A stretch of DNA of 35,561 bases, from positions 1 to 35,561 of the IMG/VR virus record IMGVR_UViG_3300022218_000009; one strand, written 5' to 3'. The notes below the pieces were generated by a model, which worked only from the letters and a program-made list of their open reading frames with translations, did no database searches and had not been told where the DNA came from. Source of the stretch: a virus (taxonomy: Duplodnaviria > Caudoviricetes). The position numbers and the translations under genes were made by a program. Of this stretch, positions 18,715 to 26,372 are shown in pieces; position 1 is the first letter of the stretch, and each line of letters starts with the position of its first letter.

Positions 18715-19680
18715 TTATTTACCTCTTCTTCTTGATCTAGTTTTCTTTGGAGCTACTTTTTCAGACCACTCTTTATAAGTATCTGAATCTTCACCAACTT
18801 CATCTGCTAACTCTTCCATAAGCTCTTTAATCTCAGCTTCATCATTTTCTTCAACTGCAACCGCTAGATCTTCTAAGATCTCACCTAGAACATCATCTTC
18901 AGCTTCATCTGTAGTAGGTTCTGTATTTTTAACAACAAAAGCACCTTTCCACTCTTTAGCTAAACCAGCATTAACTTCTTTTAACTCAGCAATAAGTTCA
19001 TTAAAATCTTTCTCATCACCATCGTCAATAGCTGTTTTTATATCTTCAATAATCTCAGCTTCTTCTTCAGTAAGACCTTTCTCATCTACTTTGTTAGGTG
19101 TTGGTTCAGGTACATTATCTTCAACTACACCAGCGGCCGCATACTCTTCAGGAACTTCATCACCACCTAGACCTTCAACAATCTCTTTAGCAAAATCAAC
19201 ATCTTTATCAGCTACTGCATCACTTAAATCAAAAATTGCATCTTCAACTTCACCACCATCTATAGCAAACCATTGATCTTTTAACTCAGATCTAATTGTT
19301 CTAAAAGCTTTTTTATCACCAGCTTCTACAATGTCATATAACTTATGATACAAAGTTGATACAGGATCTAACTTAGGTTCATCTTCAGCTACTACACCAC
19401 CTGTTTCTTTAGAAATCATATCCATTAAAGTATCAAAACCTTTGAAATACTCTTTTGTAAGGGCTTGTGTAAATCTTGAAGTACCGTTTACTCTTTCTGC
19501 ATCTATTAACTCTAAACTTATGTTCTCTAAACCTGCTACAGTTCCTTTAAACATATCTTCACCTTTGAAGTTATAAAAAACTCCGTTCTCAACTCTTTGA
19601 GGTGCAAACTTTAAACGATCTAAATCATTAGAAGTCTTCACCATATCTGTATAACCTGTTAGAAATGCTGTTAAAAACAT
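18715..19680 (-). CDS. Highly acidic protein with repeated helical units
   Basis: 321 aa, D/E-rich; four imperfect [IL].D[LI]..A[VI]..[GN]D......L..EL units; basic tail. Confidence 0.75.
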   Translation of the reverse strand: MFLTAFLTGYTDMVKTSNDLDRLKFAPQRVENGVFYNFKGEDMFKGTVAGLENISLELIDAERVNGTSRFTQALTKEYFKGFDTLMDMISKETGGVVAEDEPKLDPVSTLYHKLYDIVEAGDKKAFRTIRSELKDQWFAIDGGEVEDAIFDLSDAVADKDVDFAKEIVEGLGGDEVPEEYAAAGVVEDNVPEPTPNKVDEKGLTEEEAEIIEDIKTAIDDGDEKDFNELIAELKEVNAGLAKEWKGAFVVKNTEPTTDEAEDDVLGEILEDLAVAVEENDEAEIKELMEELADEVGEDSDTYKEWSEKVAPKKTRSRRRGK

Positions 19681-19715
19681 ATTCTTTCTCCAATCTTTAA
19701 AAATTCTGAGGGTTT

Positions 19716-19772
19716 AACTAACAACCACTCAACAGAACCTTCCTGAGAAAGCTCTATGGAATGTTGTTAGTT
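19716..19772 (-). other. Long intergenic RNA hairpin (processing/attenuation site)
   Basis: AACTAACAAC/GTTGTTAGTT perfect outer repeat; inner ATAGAGCTTTC/GAAGGTTCTGT stem with G-U pairs on the minus strand. Confidence 0.65.
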
Positions 19773-19979
19773 TAAAGCTCCATTTTGTTGAAGAACATTA
19801 GCTACATAATATTTAGCAAAATCAACTAACAGATCCTGCTTACCTTTTAACACTAATAAAGCTTCTGTAGTTTTACCTACTATCTCTATATTTTTAGTAG
19901 TATGTTCATGTAATAATACATCTAAAGCACTTTCACAAAACTCAACTGTCACTTTTTCTTTTGTTAATAAATCTTTCAT
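19767..19979 (-). CDS. Hypothetical protein
   Basis: 70 aa; AAGGA RBS. Confidence 0.7.
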   Translation of the reverse strand: MKDLLTKEKVTVEFCESALDVLLHEHTTKNIEIVGKTTEALLVLKGKQDLLVDFAKYYVANVLQQNGALN

Positions 19980-19980
19980 C

Positions 19981-20625
19981 TTAAAGTTCCTTTAACTCAA
20001 TAGCTTTAAATATAAAATATTTCCACTTGTTCCACCACTCTAAAGCGTCTTCATCCATACCTTTTATATAATCATCATCAAAGTTCTTCCACTCTTCAAT
20101 AAGGAATCGTTTACAACCTATTTGTAAAGTATCTTTTGTAAAACCTATTTGATAAGTATCTAACTGCATAGTACAAATAAATTTCATATCTCCAAATGCT
20201 CTTAGGTCAGCACCATATAGGTTAGCACCTCTTAGGTCAGCACCTCTTAGGTTAGCACCATATAGGTTAGCACCTCTTAGGTCAGCACAATATAGGTCAG
20301 CACTCTCTAGGTCAGCACTCTCTAGGTTAGCACCTCTTAGGTTAGCACCTCTTAGGTTAGCACAATATAGGTCAGCACTCTCTAGGTTAGCACCTCTTAG
20401 GTTAGCACCATATAGGTTAGCACCTCTTAGGTCAGCACAATATAGGTCAGCACAATATAGGTCAGCACTCTCTAGGTTAGCACCTCTTAGGTTAGCACAA
20501 TATAGGTCAGCACTCTCTAGGTTAGCTTTTTTACTTACTGCTTCTTTTACAGCTTCTACTATCGTATTAGCTGTATCACTTTTAAATATAACTTCTAGTG
20601 AAAATCTACTCTTAATCTCAATCAT
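19981..20625 (-). CDS. Pentapeptide-repeat protein
   Basis: 22 A[ND]Lxx repeats; C-terminal LQIGC......W...D......MD..A..WW domain common in phage pentapeptide proteins. Confidence 0.92.
   Translation of the reverse strand: MIEIKSRFSLEVIFKSDTANTIVEAVKEAVSKKANLESADLYCANLRGANLESADLYCADLYCADLRGANLYGANLRGANLESADLYCANLRGANLRGANLESADLESADLYCADLRGANLYGANLRGADLRGANLYGADLRAFGDMKFICTMQLDTYQIGFTKDTLQIGCKRFLIEEWKNFDDDYIKGMDEDALEWWNKWKYFIFKAIELKEL
20197..20526. repeat. Tandem 15-bp coding repeat array (22 units)
   Basis: Minus strand GCT-(AAC/GAC)-CTA-(AGAGGT/TATGGT/TATTGT/GAGAGT); the last unit ends AGA GCA. Confidence 0.95.
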
Positions 20626-20659
20626 CTGTTTCTTCCTCTTTTCCTAATTTGTTGAAGCA

Positions 20660-20744
20660 AGTATGACATACATTTTCTTAAAGTATTATTAAAGTTCTAT
20701 ACAAGTTTTGTTAAAGTTTTTATTAAGTTATATTATGAGATAAT
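20660..20744. promoter_or_regulatory. Divergent promoter region with 11-bp-period TTAAAGT-like repeats
   Basis: Leftward TATGtCATACT (plus 20660-20670), rightward TATGaGATAAT (20734-20744); heptamers at 20678, 20689, 20700, 20711, 20722. Confidence 0.65.
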
Positions 20745-20768
20745 TGCTTATTCTATATATTAAGGGAG

Positions 20769-20903
20769 ATGGTTTTGAAAGATAAAATCTTATTATGGGG
20801 TGTTATTGTTATTATGGTGGTTTCAGTAATTTATGGGATCTTAAATTCCCTTGATTGTGAAATTAAAAATAAAAGGATATATTGTGAAAAAGTTTATAGA
20901 TGA
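20769..20903 (+). CDS. Small membrane peptide (42-44 aa)
   Basis: Read manually; AAGGGAG RBS (TTG 20775 may be the start); ILLWGVIVIMVVSVIYGIL TM helix. Confidence 0.6.
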   Translation: MVLKDKILLWGVIVIMVVSVIYGILNSLDCEIKNKRIYCEKVYR

Positions 20904-21264
20904 AGCGTTAAGAACGGAGAGTAGTAATTTTATTACTCTAATGGATGAGGATCTAAATGAGTTTAGTACAGAGCGTTTAGTTCATGCTTGTTTTGGTATG
21001 CAAACAGAAACTTCTGAGTTTACTGATGCTATTAAGAAAGCATTGTTCTATGGTAAAGATTTGGATGTAGTAAATCTAAAGGAAGAGTTAGGTGATCTTA
21101 TGTGGTACATGGCTATTGCTATGGATGAGTTAGGAACTGATTTTGAAACAGAAGCTAATAGAGTTATCAATAAGTTAAAAGTTAGATACCCTGAAAAGTT
21201 TAGTAATGAAGCAGCAACTACTAGAGATTTAGAAGCTGAGAGAAAGGTGTTAGAACAATGTTAA
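20884..21264 (+). CDS. MazG-like nucleotide pyrophosphohydrolase
   Basis: G...E..E..D..KK..F.G...D...LKEELGDLMWY...N..KL..RYP; GTG 20884 with AAGGA RBS is preferred over 20851. Confidence 0.88.
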   Translation: MKKFIDEALRTESSNFITLMDEDLNEFSTERLVHACFGMQTETSEFTDAIKKALFYGKDLDVVNLKEELGDLMWYMAIAMDELGTDFETEANRVINKLKVRYPEKFSNEAATTRDLEAERKVLEQC

Positions 21265-21476
21265 TGTTTGATTTTATAGAAGGTAAAAAAGAAGAGGGTA
21301 TGACTATTAATAGAATAGCTAAAGTTTTAGGAGTTACTCAACCTACTATTCAAGCTCATTATAACGGTGATGCTGAGAAGGTTAATCTTAAACTTGCTAA
21401 GAATATTTATAAGTTATTTGATGTAGTTATTGAACCATATTTAGAAGTTGAGGTGAAGAGTAATGAAAACACTTAA
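21258..21476 (+). CDS. Cro/XRE-like HTH protein
   Basis: MTINRIAKVLGVTQPTIQAHYNG. Confidence 0.75.
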   Translation: MLMFDFIEGKKEEGMTINRIAKVLGVTQPTIQAHYNGDAEKVNLKLAKNIYKLFDVVIEPYLEVEVKSNENT

Positions 21477-21570
21477 AAAACATTATGGTTCAATATTAAT
21501 TATGTCATTCCCTTTTGTTTTTATAATAGGTATTGTAATATTTAATTATATGGTGAGGGTAGTAGAATGA
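21463..21570 (+). CDS. Small membrane peptide (35 aa, MKTLKKHYGSILIMSFPFVFIIGIVIF...)
   Basis: Read manually; GAGG upstream; TM helix; ATGA-coupled downstream. Confidence 0.6.
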   Translation: MKTLKKHYGSILIMSFPFVFIIGIVIFNYMVRVVE

Positions 21571-21689
21571 TAACTTTAATATTAGTATGGGTTAATACAA
21601 AGACTAATTGTGAGTATAGTTTTGTATTTGCATTAACAGCTATTATAGACATTACAATAATAAATCGTATAGCAGGATTACTATCATGA
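21567..21689 (+). CDS. Small hydrophobic peptide (40 aa, MITLILVW...)
   Basis: Read manually; ATGA overlaps on both sides. Confidence 0.55.
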   Translation: MITLILVWVNTKTNCEYSFVFALTAIIDITIINRIAGLLS

Positions 21690-23992
21690 CTTTTAAATAC
21701 AGTATCAGTAAGAACCACTACAACGGTTATAAGTTCAAAGAAGCTAAGAGTGTATCTGAGTTGCTTCAGGATCTAGCAACTAAATGTGTATCACCTGTTA
21801 CTGAGTATAAAGATAAAGAACTTACTTCAGTTGATACAGGTAAAACTTGGATGAGTAAGAATCATAGATCTAATCCTACTATTGTAGGTCGTGGTAATAT
21901 GGGTATGATTGATTATGAAGGTAGTCCTGAGAACTTCACTAAACTTATTAAGAAGATTGAAGATAAAGAGTTGTGGTATGTAGCTATTCCTTCTCAGTCA
22001 AACAAGAGTGATAAGAAGAACGCTAGGTATCATATTATGTATATATTAGCTAAGTCATATAGTATTAACTCAGAAGCTTATAAGAAACAAGCTAAAGAGT
22101 TCTTTGATTATATAGGTTACAAATGGGATGATCCTGATAGTGGTATAGATACTAGAGCTTCATTTAATGGTTGTGGATATTTCGCACCAACTATACAACT
22201 AGCTACTGATAAAGGTAAAGGTGCTAAGAAGATTAGTGATCCTTACTTAACTAATGAAGATATTGTTAAAGATACTCATGTTAGTAGATTCAAAGGTGAG
22301 TACACACCTACTACTGCTGCAAGTAATGAGGCTAATGAAGAGTTTACCAACATTATTAAGCGTGGTAGAAAGTTAGATGATAAATACACTAAGATAGTAA
22401 GAACTACATCTAAGGGTTATGTATTAGCTCCTGAAACTCACATTGAAGTTAATAATGGTAGGTTCATGACTTTTGAAAAGTTAGTTGAAACATTAGAAGA
22501 TAGTGATAGTGAGAACCCTAGAATATCTATGTTAGGTTGTCCTATTTGTAATCCAGGTCATACTGCACCAACTACTGTAGGTTATGCTTATATGCAATTC
22601 GATTATGAAGGTAAACCTTATATATGTTGTACAGGTAATGCTTGTGCATCTAGACCTTACTTTACTATGGCCGAGGGTGATCTTGCTATTTATCGTATAG
22701 GTAAGGGTAGTGATTATGTACTACTTAAAGATGAACAACTTGTTTACACTCATAAAGAGAATGAAACGTATGAACATACAAGTGATAGTATCATAGGTGA
22801 GTTATATCAAGATGGTTTAGCAATACTTGATGATTATGGGAACATTAACTCAGAACTAACTAGGAAACACTTTTGTTTACAAGCTGAGAGATTAGATGTT
22901 ACTAAGAACCCCTGGATTGAAGAGGGTATTGATTACAATGATATGACTTTCAATATATCTAAACCAGCTAAGTTTGAACCAACTGAAGCAGATCCTGATG
23001 AAGTTATATCTGAAGCTATTAAAGTTTTTGATAATGATGTTTTGATAGGTGATTATCCAGCTCCTTTAGTTTATCTAGCTTACTACTTATTTCATGATAC
23101 TAGAATTATGGCTAGTTTATTCCTGGTAAATCATAAGACAGGTTCAGGTAAGACTTTTTGGACTTATGAGCTTCCTGCATGGTTTTTAGGTGAAACTAAA
23201 GTTGGTTTAATGGATCGCGCTGCTATGACTAAAAATTGGGGTGATGTTAAACTTGGTAAGAGATTAGTAGTGTTTGAAGATATAGATGGTTTAACTAAGC
23301 AACAAGTTAATGAAATAGCTTCAGACATTAAAACTATGACTACTGCTGCTGGTTCTAATATAATGTTAGATATTAAAGGTAGAGGTCAGATGAAGTCTTA
23401 TGGTTATAATATTTTAGGTACTTCTAATGATGAGAAACAAGTACCTGTAAGTGGTGAAGAAGATAGACGTATCTATATTAGTGAGGTTCGTGTATTAGAG
23501 AACGCTAATTGGATCAGAGAACAGTTGATGGGAACTAATGGTGATAAACATAAAGCTAATGCTATTAACTATCTGTATAAGATCTACAATCATGTTAAGA
23601 GATTACCTGAGTGTCACGATTCTATATTTTATAGAGTACCTAAAACTGCTAAGAAGAAAAGTGTAACTGATTCGCAAAGTAATGATGGTATTCAAGCTAT
23701 GAACATTATAAGACGTAATGAGAAGACTAGGTTAATCATTAAAGAGTTAGAAGCTTTAGTTGTAAGTAGTACAAGTGAAAAAGAGTTAAGAAAGATTGTT
23801 GAAGAGATTGATATTAAAAATCATAATATTAGTGGTGCAACACTTGATAAACTTTGGAAGGTTCTTCCTAGTGGCGCGAATGATATTAGTGATAAGTCGT
23901 ATAAACAACTTGGAAAGATATTTGGGTTGTTAGATTACAAAACTGTAGTAGTTAATGGTAGTAGATTGAAAGGGTTTAAGTATGGGAACTGA
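21686..23992 (+). CDS. Primase-helicase (AEP-like N-terminus, Zn-binding middle, SF3/D5-like helicase)
   Basis: MIDYE, PSQS...RYHI, GID (AEP-like motifs); CPIC...H...CC....C; GSGKT, LVVFED, GTSN, DRR. Confidence 0.8.
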   Translation: MTFKYSISKNHYNGYKFKEAKSVSELLQDLATKCVSPVTEYKDKELTSVDTGKTWMSKNHRSNPTIVGRGNMGMIDYEGSPENFTKLIKKIEDKELWYVAIPSQSNKSDKKNARYHIMYILAKSYSINSEAYKKQAKEFFDYIGYKWDDPDSGIDTRASFNGCGYFAPTIQLATDKGKGAKKISDPYLTNEDIVKDTHVSRFKGEYTPTTAASNEANEEFTNIIKRGRKLDDKYTKIVRTTSKGYVLAPETHIEVNNGRFMTFEKLVETLEDSDSENPRISMLGCPICNPGHTAPTTVGYAYMQFDYEGKPYICCTGNACASRPYFTMAEGDLAIYRIGKGSDYVLLKDEQLVYTHKENETYEHTSDSIIGELYQDGLAILDDYGNINSELTRKHFCLQAERLDVTKNPWIEEGIDYNDMTFNISKPAKFEPTEADPDEVISEAIKVFDNDVLIGDYPAPLVYLAYYLFHDTRIMASLFLVNHKTGSGKTFWTYELPAWFLGETKVGLMDRAAMTKNWGDVKLGKRLVVFEDIDGLTKQQVNEIASDIKTMTTAAGSNIMLDIKGRGQMKSYGYNILGTSNDEKQVPVSGEEDRRIYISEVRVLENANWIREQLMGTNGDKHKANAINYLYKIYNHVKRLPECHDSIFYRVPKTAKKKSVTDSQSNDGIQAMNIIRRNEKTRLIIKELEALVVSSTSEKELRKIVEEIDIKNHNISGATLDKLWKVLPSGANDISDKSYKQLGKIFGLLDYKTVVVNGSRLKGFKYGN

Positions 23993-24737
23993 TCTATTTA
24001 ATGGTGATTGTTTAGAAATTATGGATAAGTTAATAGAAGAATGTGTTAAAGTAGATGCTATTATAACTGATCCACCTTACGGTACTACTGCTTGTAAATG
24101 GGATAGTGTCATTCCTTTTGATGAAATGTGGCTTAGATTAAACAAACTCATAAAACCTAATGGTGCGATAGTTTTGTTTGGAAGTGAGCCTTTCAGTAGT
24201 GCTTTACGAATGAGTAATATTAAGAATTACAAATATGATTGGGTTTGGGAGAAGTCAAGACCTATGGGATTTTTAGAAGCAAAAAATAAGCCTATGAAAA
24301 AGCACGAAAATATTTTAATGTTTAGTTTTGGGAATAGTGCAAATGGGTGTAAAAATAGAATAACATATAATCCTCAAGGACTAAAAGAGATAAATAAAAA
24401 AATGAAAAACAGCACTGATACTGATAATCTAGGAAATAGAAAATCAAGAGATGTTGGTACAGAGTATATACAAAAGCACACCAACTACCCAAACACAATA
24501 TTAAGATTTAAAAGTGCTTCAAAAACAGTACACCCCACACAAAAACCAGTTGCACTAATGGAGTATCTTATCAAGACTTACACAAATGATGGTGAGTTAG
24601 TTTTAGACTTCACAATGGGGTCAGGAACGACAGGCGTAGCGTGTAAGAACTTAGATAGAAACTTTATAGGCATAGAATTAGATAGTAAATATTTTAGAAT
24701 AGCTAGGAAAAGATTAAGACACGTTAAAACCTCTTAA
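23982..24737 (+). CDS. DNA N6A/N4C methyltransferase, beta class
   Basis: GDCLE, ITDPPY, HPTQKPV.L, VLDFTMGSGTTG, FIGIE. Confidence 0.92.
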   Translation: MGTDLFNGDCLEIMDKLIEECVKVDAIITDPPYGTTACKWDSVIPFDEMWLRLNKLIKPNGAIVLFGSEPFSSALRMSNIKNYKYDWVWEKSRPMGFLEAKNKPMKKHENILMFSFGNSANGCKNRITYNPQGLKEINKKMKNSTDTDNLGNRKSRDVGTEYIQKHTNYPNTILRFKSASKTVHPTQKPVALMEYLIKTYTNDGELVLDFTMGSGTTGVACKNLDRNFIGIELDSKYFRIARKRLRHVKTS

Positions 24738-25091
24738 ATAAAACCCCCTTATTTTTAGGGTGGTTATTTTACAACAATTTAAAGACCTTCTAAAATTAAG
24801 CCCTCTTAAATAACTCTTCTTTAATTTAAAGACCTCTTATTAAGACCTCTTATTTATATATTTATTATTATTTTATTAAAGTAACTGGTTACTATTTCTA
24901 AAGTAACTAAAAAGTAACCATTAATAAAGTAAGTAAAATAGGATAGTATAGAGAATAGTAACTAAGTAACCAATAACTCCTTAGTAGATTCTCAAGTAAA
25001 ATATATTTTTTGTTTTTTATTTCTAGCTCTAAGTGTAATAGGAAGTAGGGGTTACTACGGTTATCGGTTACTATTGATTTAAAGACCTCTT
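24726..25091. other. Putative replication origin (two iteron families plus AT-only tract)
   Basis: Largest non-coding region; AAGACCTCTT-like x6; AGTAAC x5 and inverted GTTACT x3; AT-only run about 24850-24880; near the primase-helicase gene. Confidence 0.6.
24742..24770 (+). terminator. Possible intrinsic terminator after the MTase gene
   Basis: AACC-CCCT/AGGG-t-GGTT stem followed by ATTTT. Confidence 0.45.
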
Positions 25092-25118
25092 GCTAAAACT
25101 TCAAAAAACTTGTATAAT
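25090..25118 (+). promoter_or_regulatory. Sigma70-like promoter
   Basis: TTGCTA-17 bp-TATAAT, then AAGGAG RBS before 25139. Confidence 0.7.
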
Positions 25119-25138
25119 GGTGTTATAAGGAGTAAGTT

Positions 25139-25699
25139 ATGAAAACAATATTTTTAATAATGAGTTTGTTCTTAGTCTTATCATCTGATACTTACATTAG
25201 AGAGTACAGTTATCTAGTAAGTAATGATGACAGTAGAAACATAGCTAGAACTAAAGCTCTAAACGAAATTAAAACCTCAACCCTTGAAGAGGTTGGTGTT
25301 CATGTAGAAAGTTCCGTAGAACTAAAGTATGATACTCTCACAACACAAATAGAAACTCAAACTGCTGGAATAATTAAAACTAAAATATTAGAAGAAAGTT
25401 TTAATGGTAAAGTGTTGTATTTAAAAGTAATACTTGAAGTAGATCCTAATCAAGTAAATACTAGAAGATCACTTACTAAAAATAATAAAACTTCTTTTGA
25501 TGTATGTTCATTAGAACCAGGTGTCACTAAACAAGAAGTAATGAGAATAGCAGGTGATCCTACTCATGTTTATTTTATCTACACTAGGAAATATGAGAAA
25601 AGACTTCAAGATGTAAAAACTTTCTACTATAATAACGGTAAGATAACTATTAACTTTGATGATTTTAATAGAGTTAATAAGATAACAGGGTGTATTTAA
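25139..25699 (+). CDS. Exported/periplasmic protein (LPP20/FlgT-N-like plus SmpA/BamE-like C-terminus)
   Basis: Signal peptide MKTIFLIMSLFLVLSS-D; AR..AL...K...LEEVGV.VES; L.PG.TK.EV...AG.P. Confidence 0.55.
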   Translation: MKTIFLIMSLFLVLSSDTYIREYSYLVSNDDSRNIARTKALNEIKTSTLEEVGVHVESSVELKYDTLTTQIETQTAGIIKTKILEESFNGKVLYLKVILEVDPNQVNTRRSLTKNNKTSFDVCSLEPGVTKQEVMRIAGDPTHVYFIYTRKYEKRLQDVKTFYYNNGKITINFDDFNRVNKITGCI

Positions 25700-25700
25700 C

Positions 25701-26312
25701 ATGACTGATAAAGAACAAAGTTTTATTGAAGAATATGTAATTGATAAGAATAGAACTAAAGCTGCAATAAGAGCAGGTTATTCTAAAAGAACAGCAGGAC
25801 AAATAGGAGCTGAACTTTTAACTAAACATCATATCAAAGTAGCAATAGATCTAAAACTAGCAGAACTTACAGTAAAAAATGAACTTACTGCTGATAGAGT
25901 TATTCAAGAGTATATGAAGTTAGCTTTCTATGATACTGAAAAGTTCTATGATATTTACTATGGTTTGGCCACTTGGAAAAAAGGTTATAAGAGAGCTAGA
26001 AGAAGATATGGTAGTAAATTATCTCTTGAAGAGTTCAATAATCTACCTTCAAAGTATAAAGAGTTCTATAGTCGTACAAAATCGCTTAAAGAACTAGGTG
26101 ATATGGATGAAACTCAACGTAAAGCTATCATTGGTATTAGTTATGATAAAAACTCTAATATGGTGCTTAAATTAGCCGATAAACAAAAAGCTTTAGAATC
26201 ACTTAGTAAACATCTAGGAATATTTGAAGCTGATAATAAACAAAAGACTATTGATCCATCTAAGAACCCTTGGACTGTAACAGTAGTAAAACCAGGAGAT
26301 AAAGATGAGTAG
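25701..26312 (+). CDS. terS: Terminase small subunit
   Basis: F.EEY.ID.N.TKAAIRAGYS..TA...G..LL; DKQKALE.L.KHLG.F. Confidence 0.9.
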   Translation: MTDKEQSFIEEYVIDKNRTKAAIRAGYSKRTAGQIGAELLTKHHIKVAIDLKLAELTVKNELTADRVIQEYMKLAFYDTEKFYDIYYGLATWKKGYKRARRRYGSKLSLEEFNNLPSKYKEFYSRTKSLKELGDMDETQRKAIIGISYDKNSNMVLKLADKQKALESLSKHLGIFEADNKQKTIDPSKNPWTVTVVKPGDKDE

Positions 26313-26372
26313 AGGTAGAAGAGAACGTGGTATATTAGTTCAGGGTTGGTATTTCTTTAATAGGAGAAGTAG

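Noticed and set aside
20197-20526. CRISPR array or DGR template/variable repeat
   Set aside because: Units are 15 bp, in frame, without unique spacers; no cas or reverse transcriptase gene is present
14159-21264. 2-aminoadenine (Z) genome pathway
   Set aside because: No PurZ/adenylosuccinate-synthetase-like or HD-family DatZ gene is visible
17484-21476. Lambda-like CI/Cro lysogeny switch
   Set aside because: The two HTH genes are not adjacent to the divergent promoters, neither has a peptidase domain, and there is no integrase
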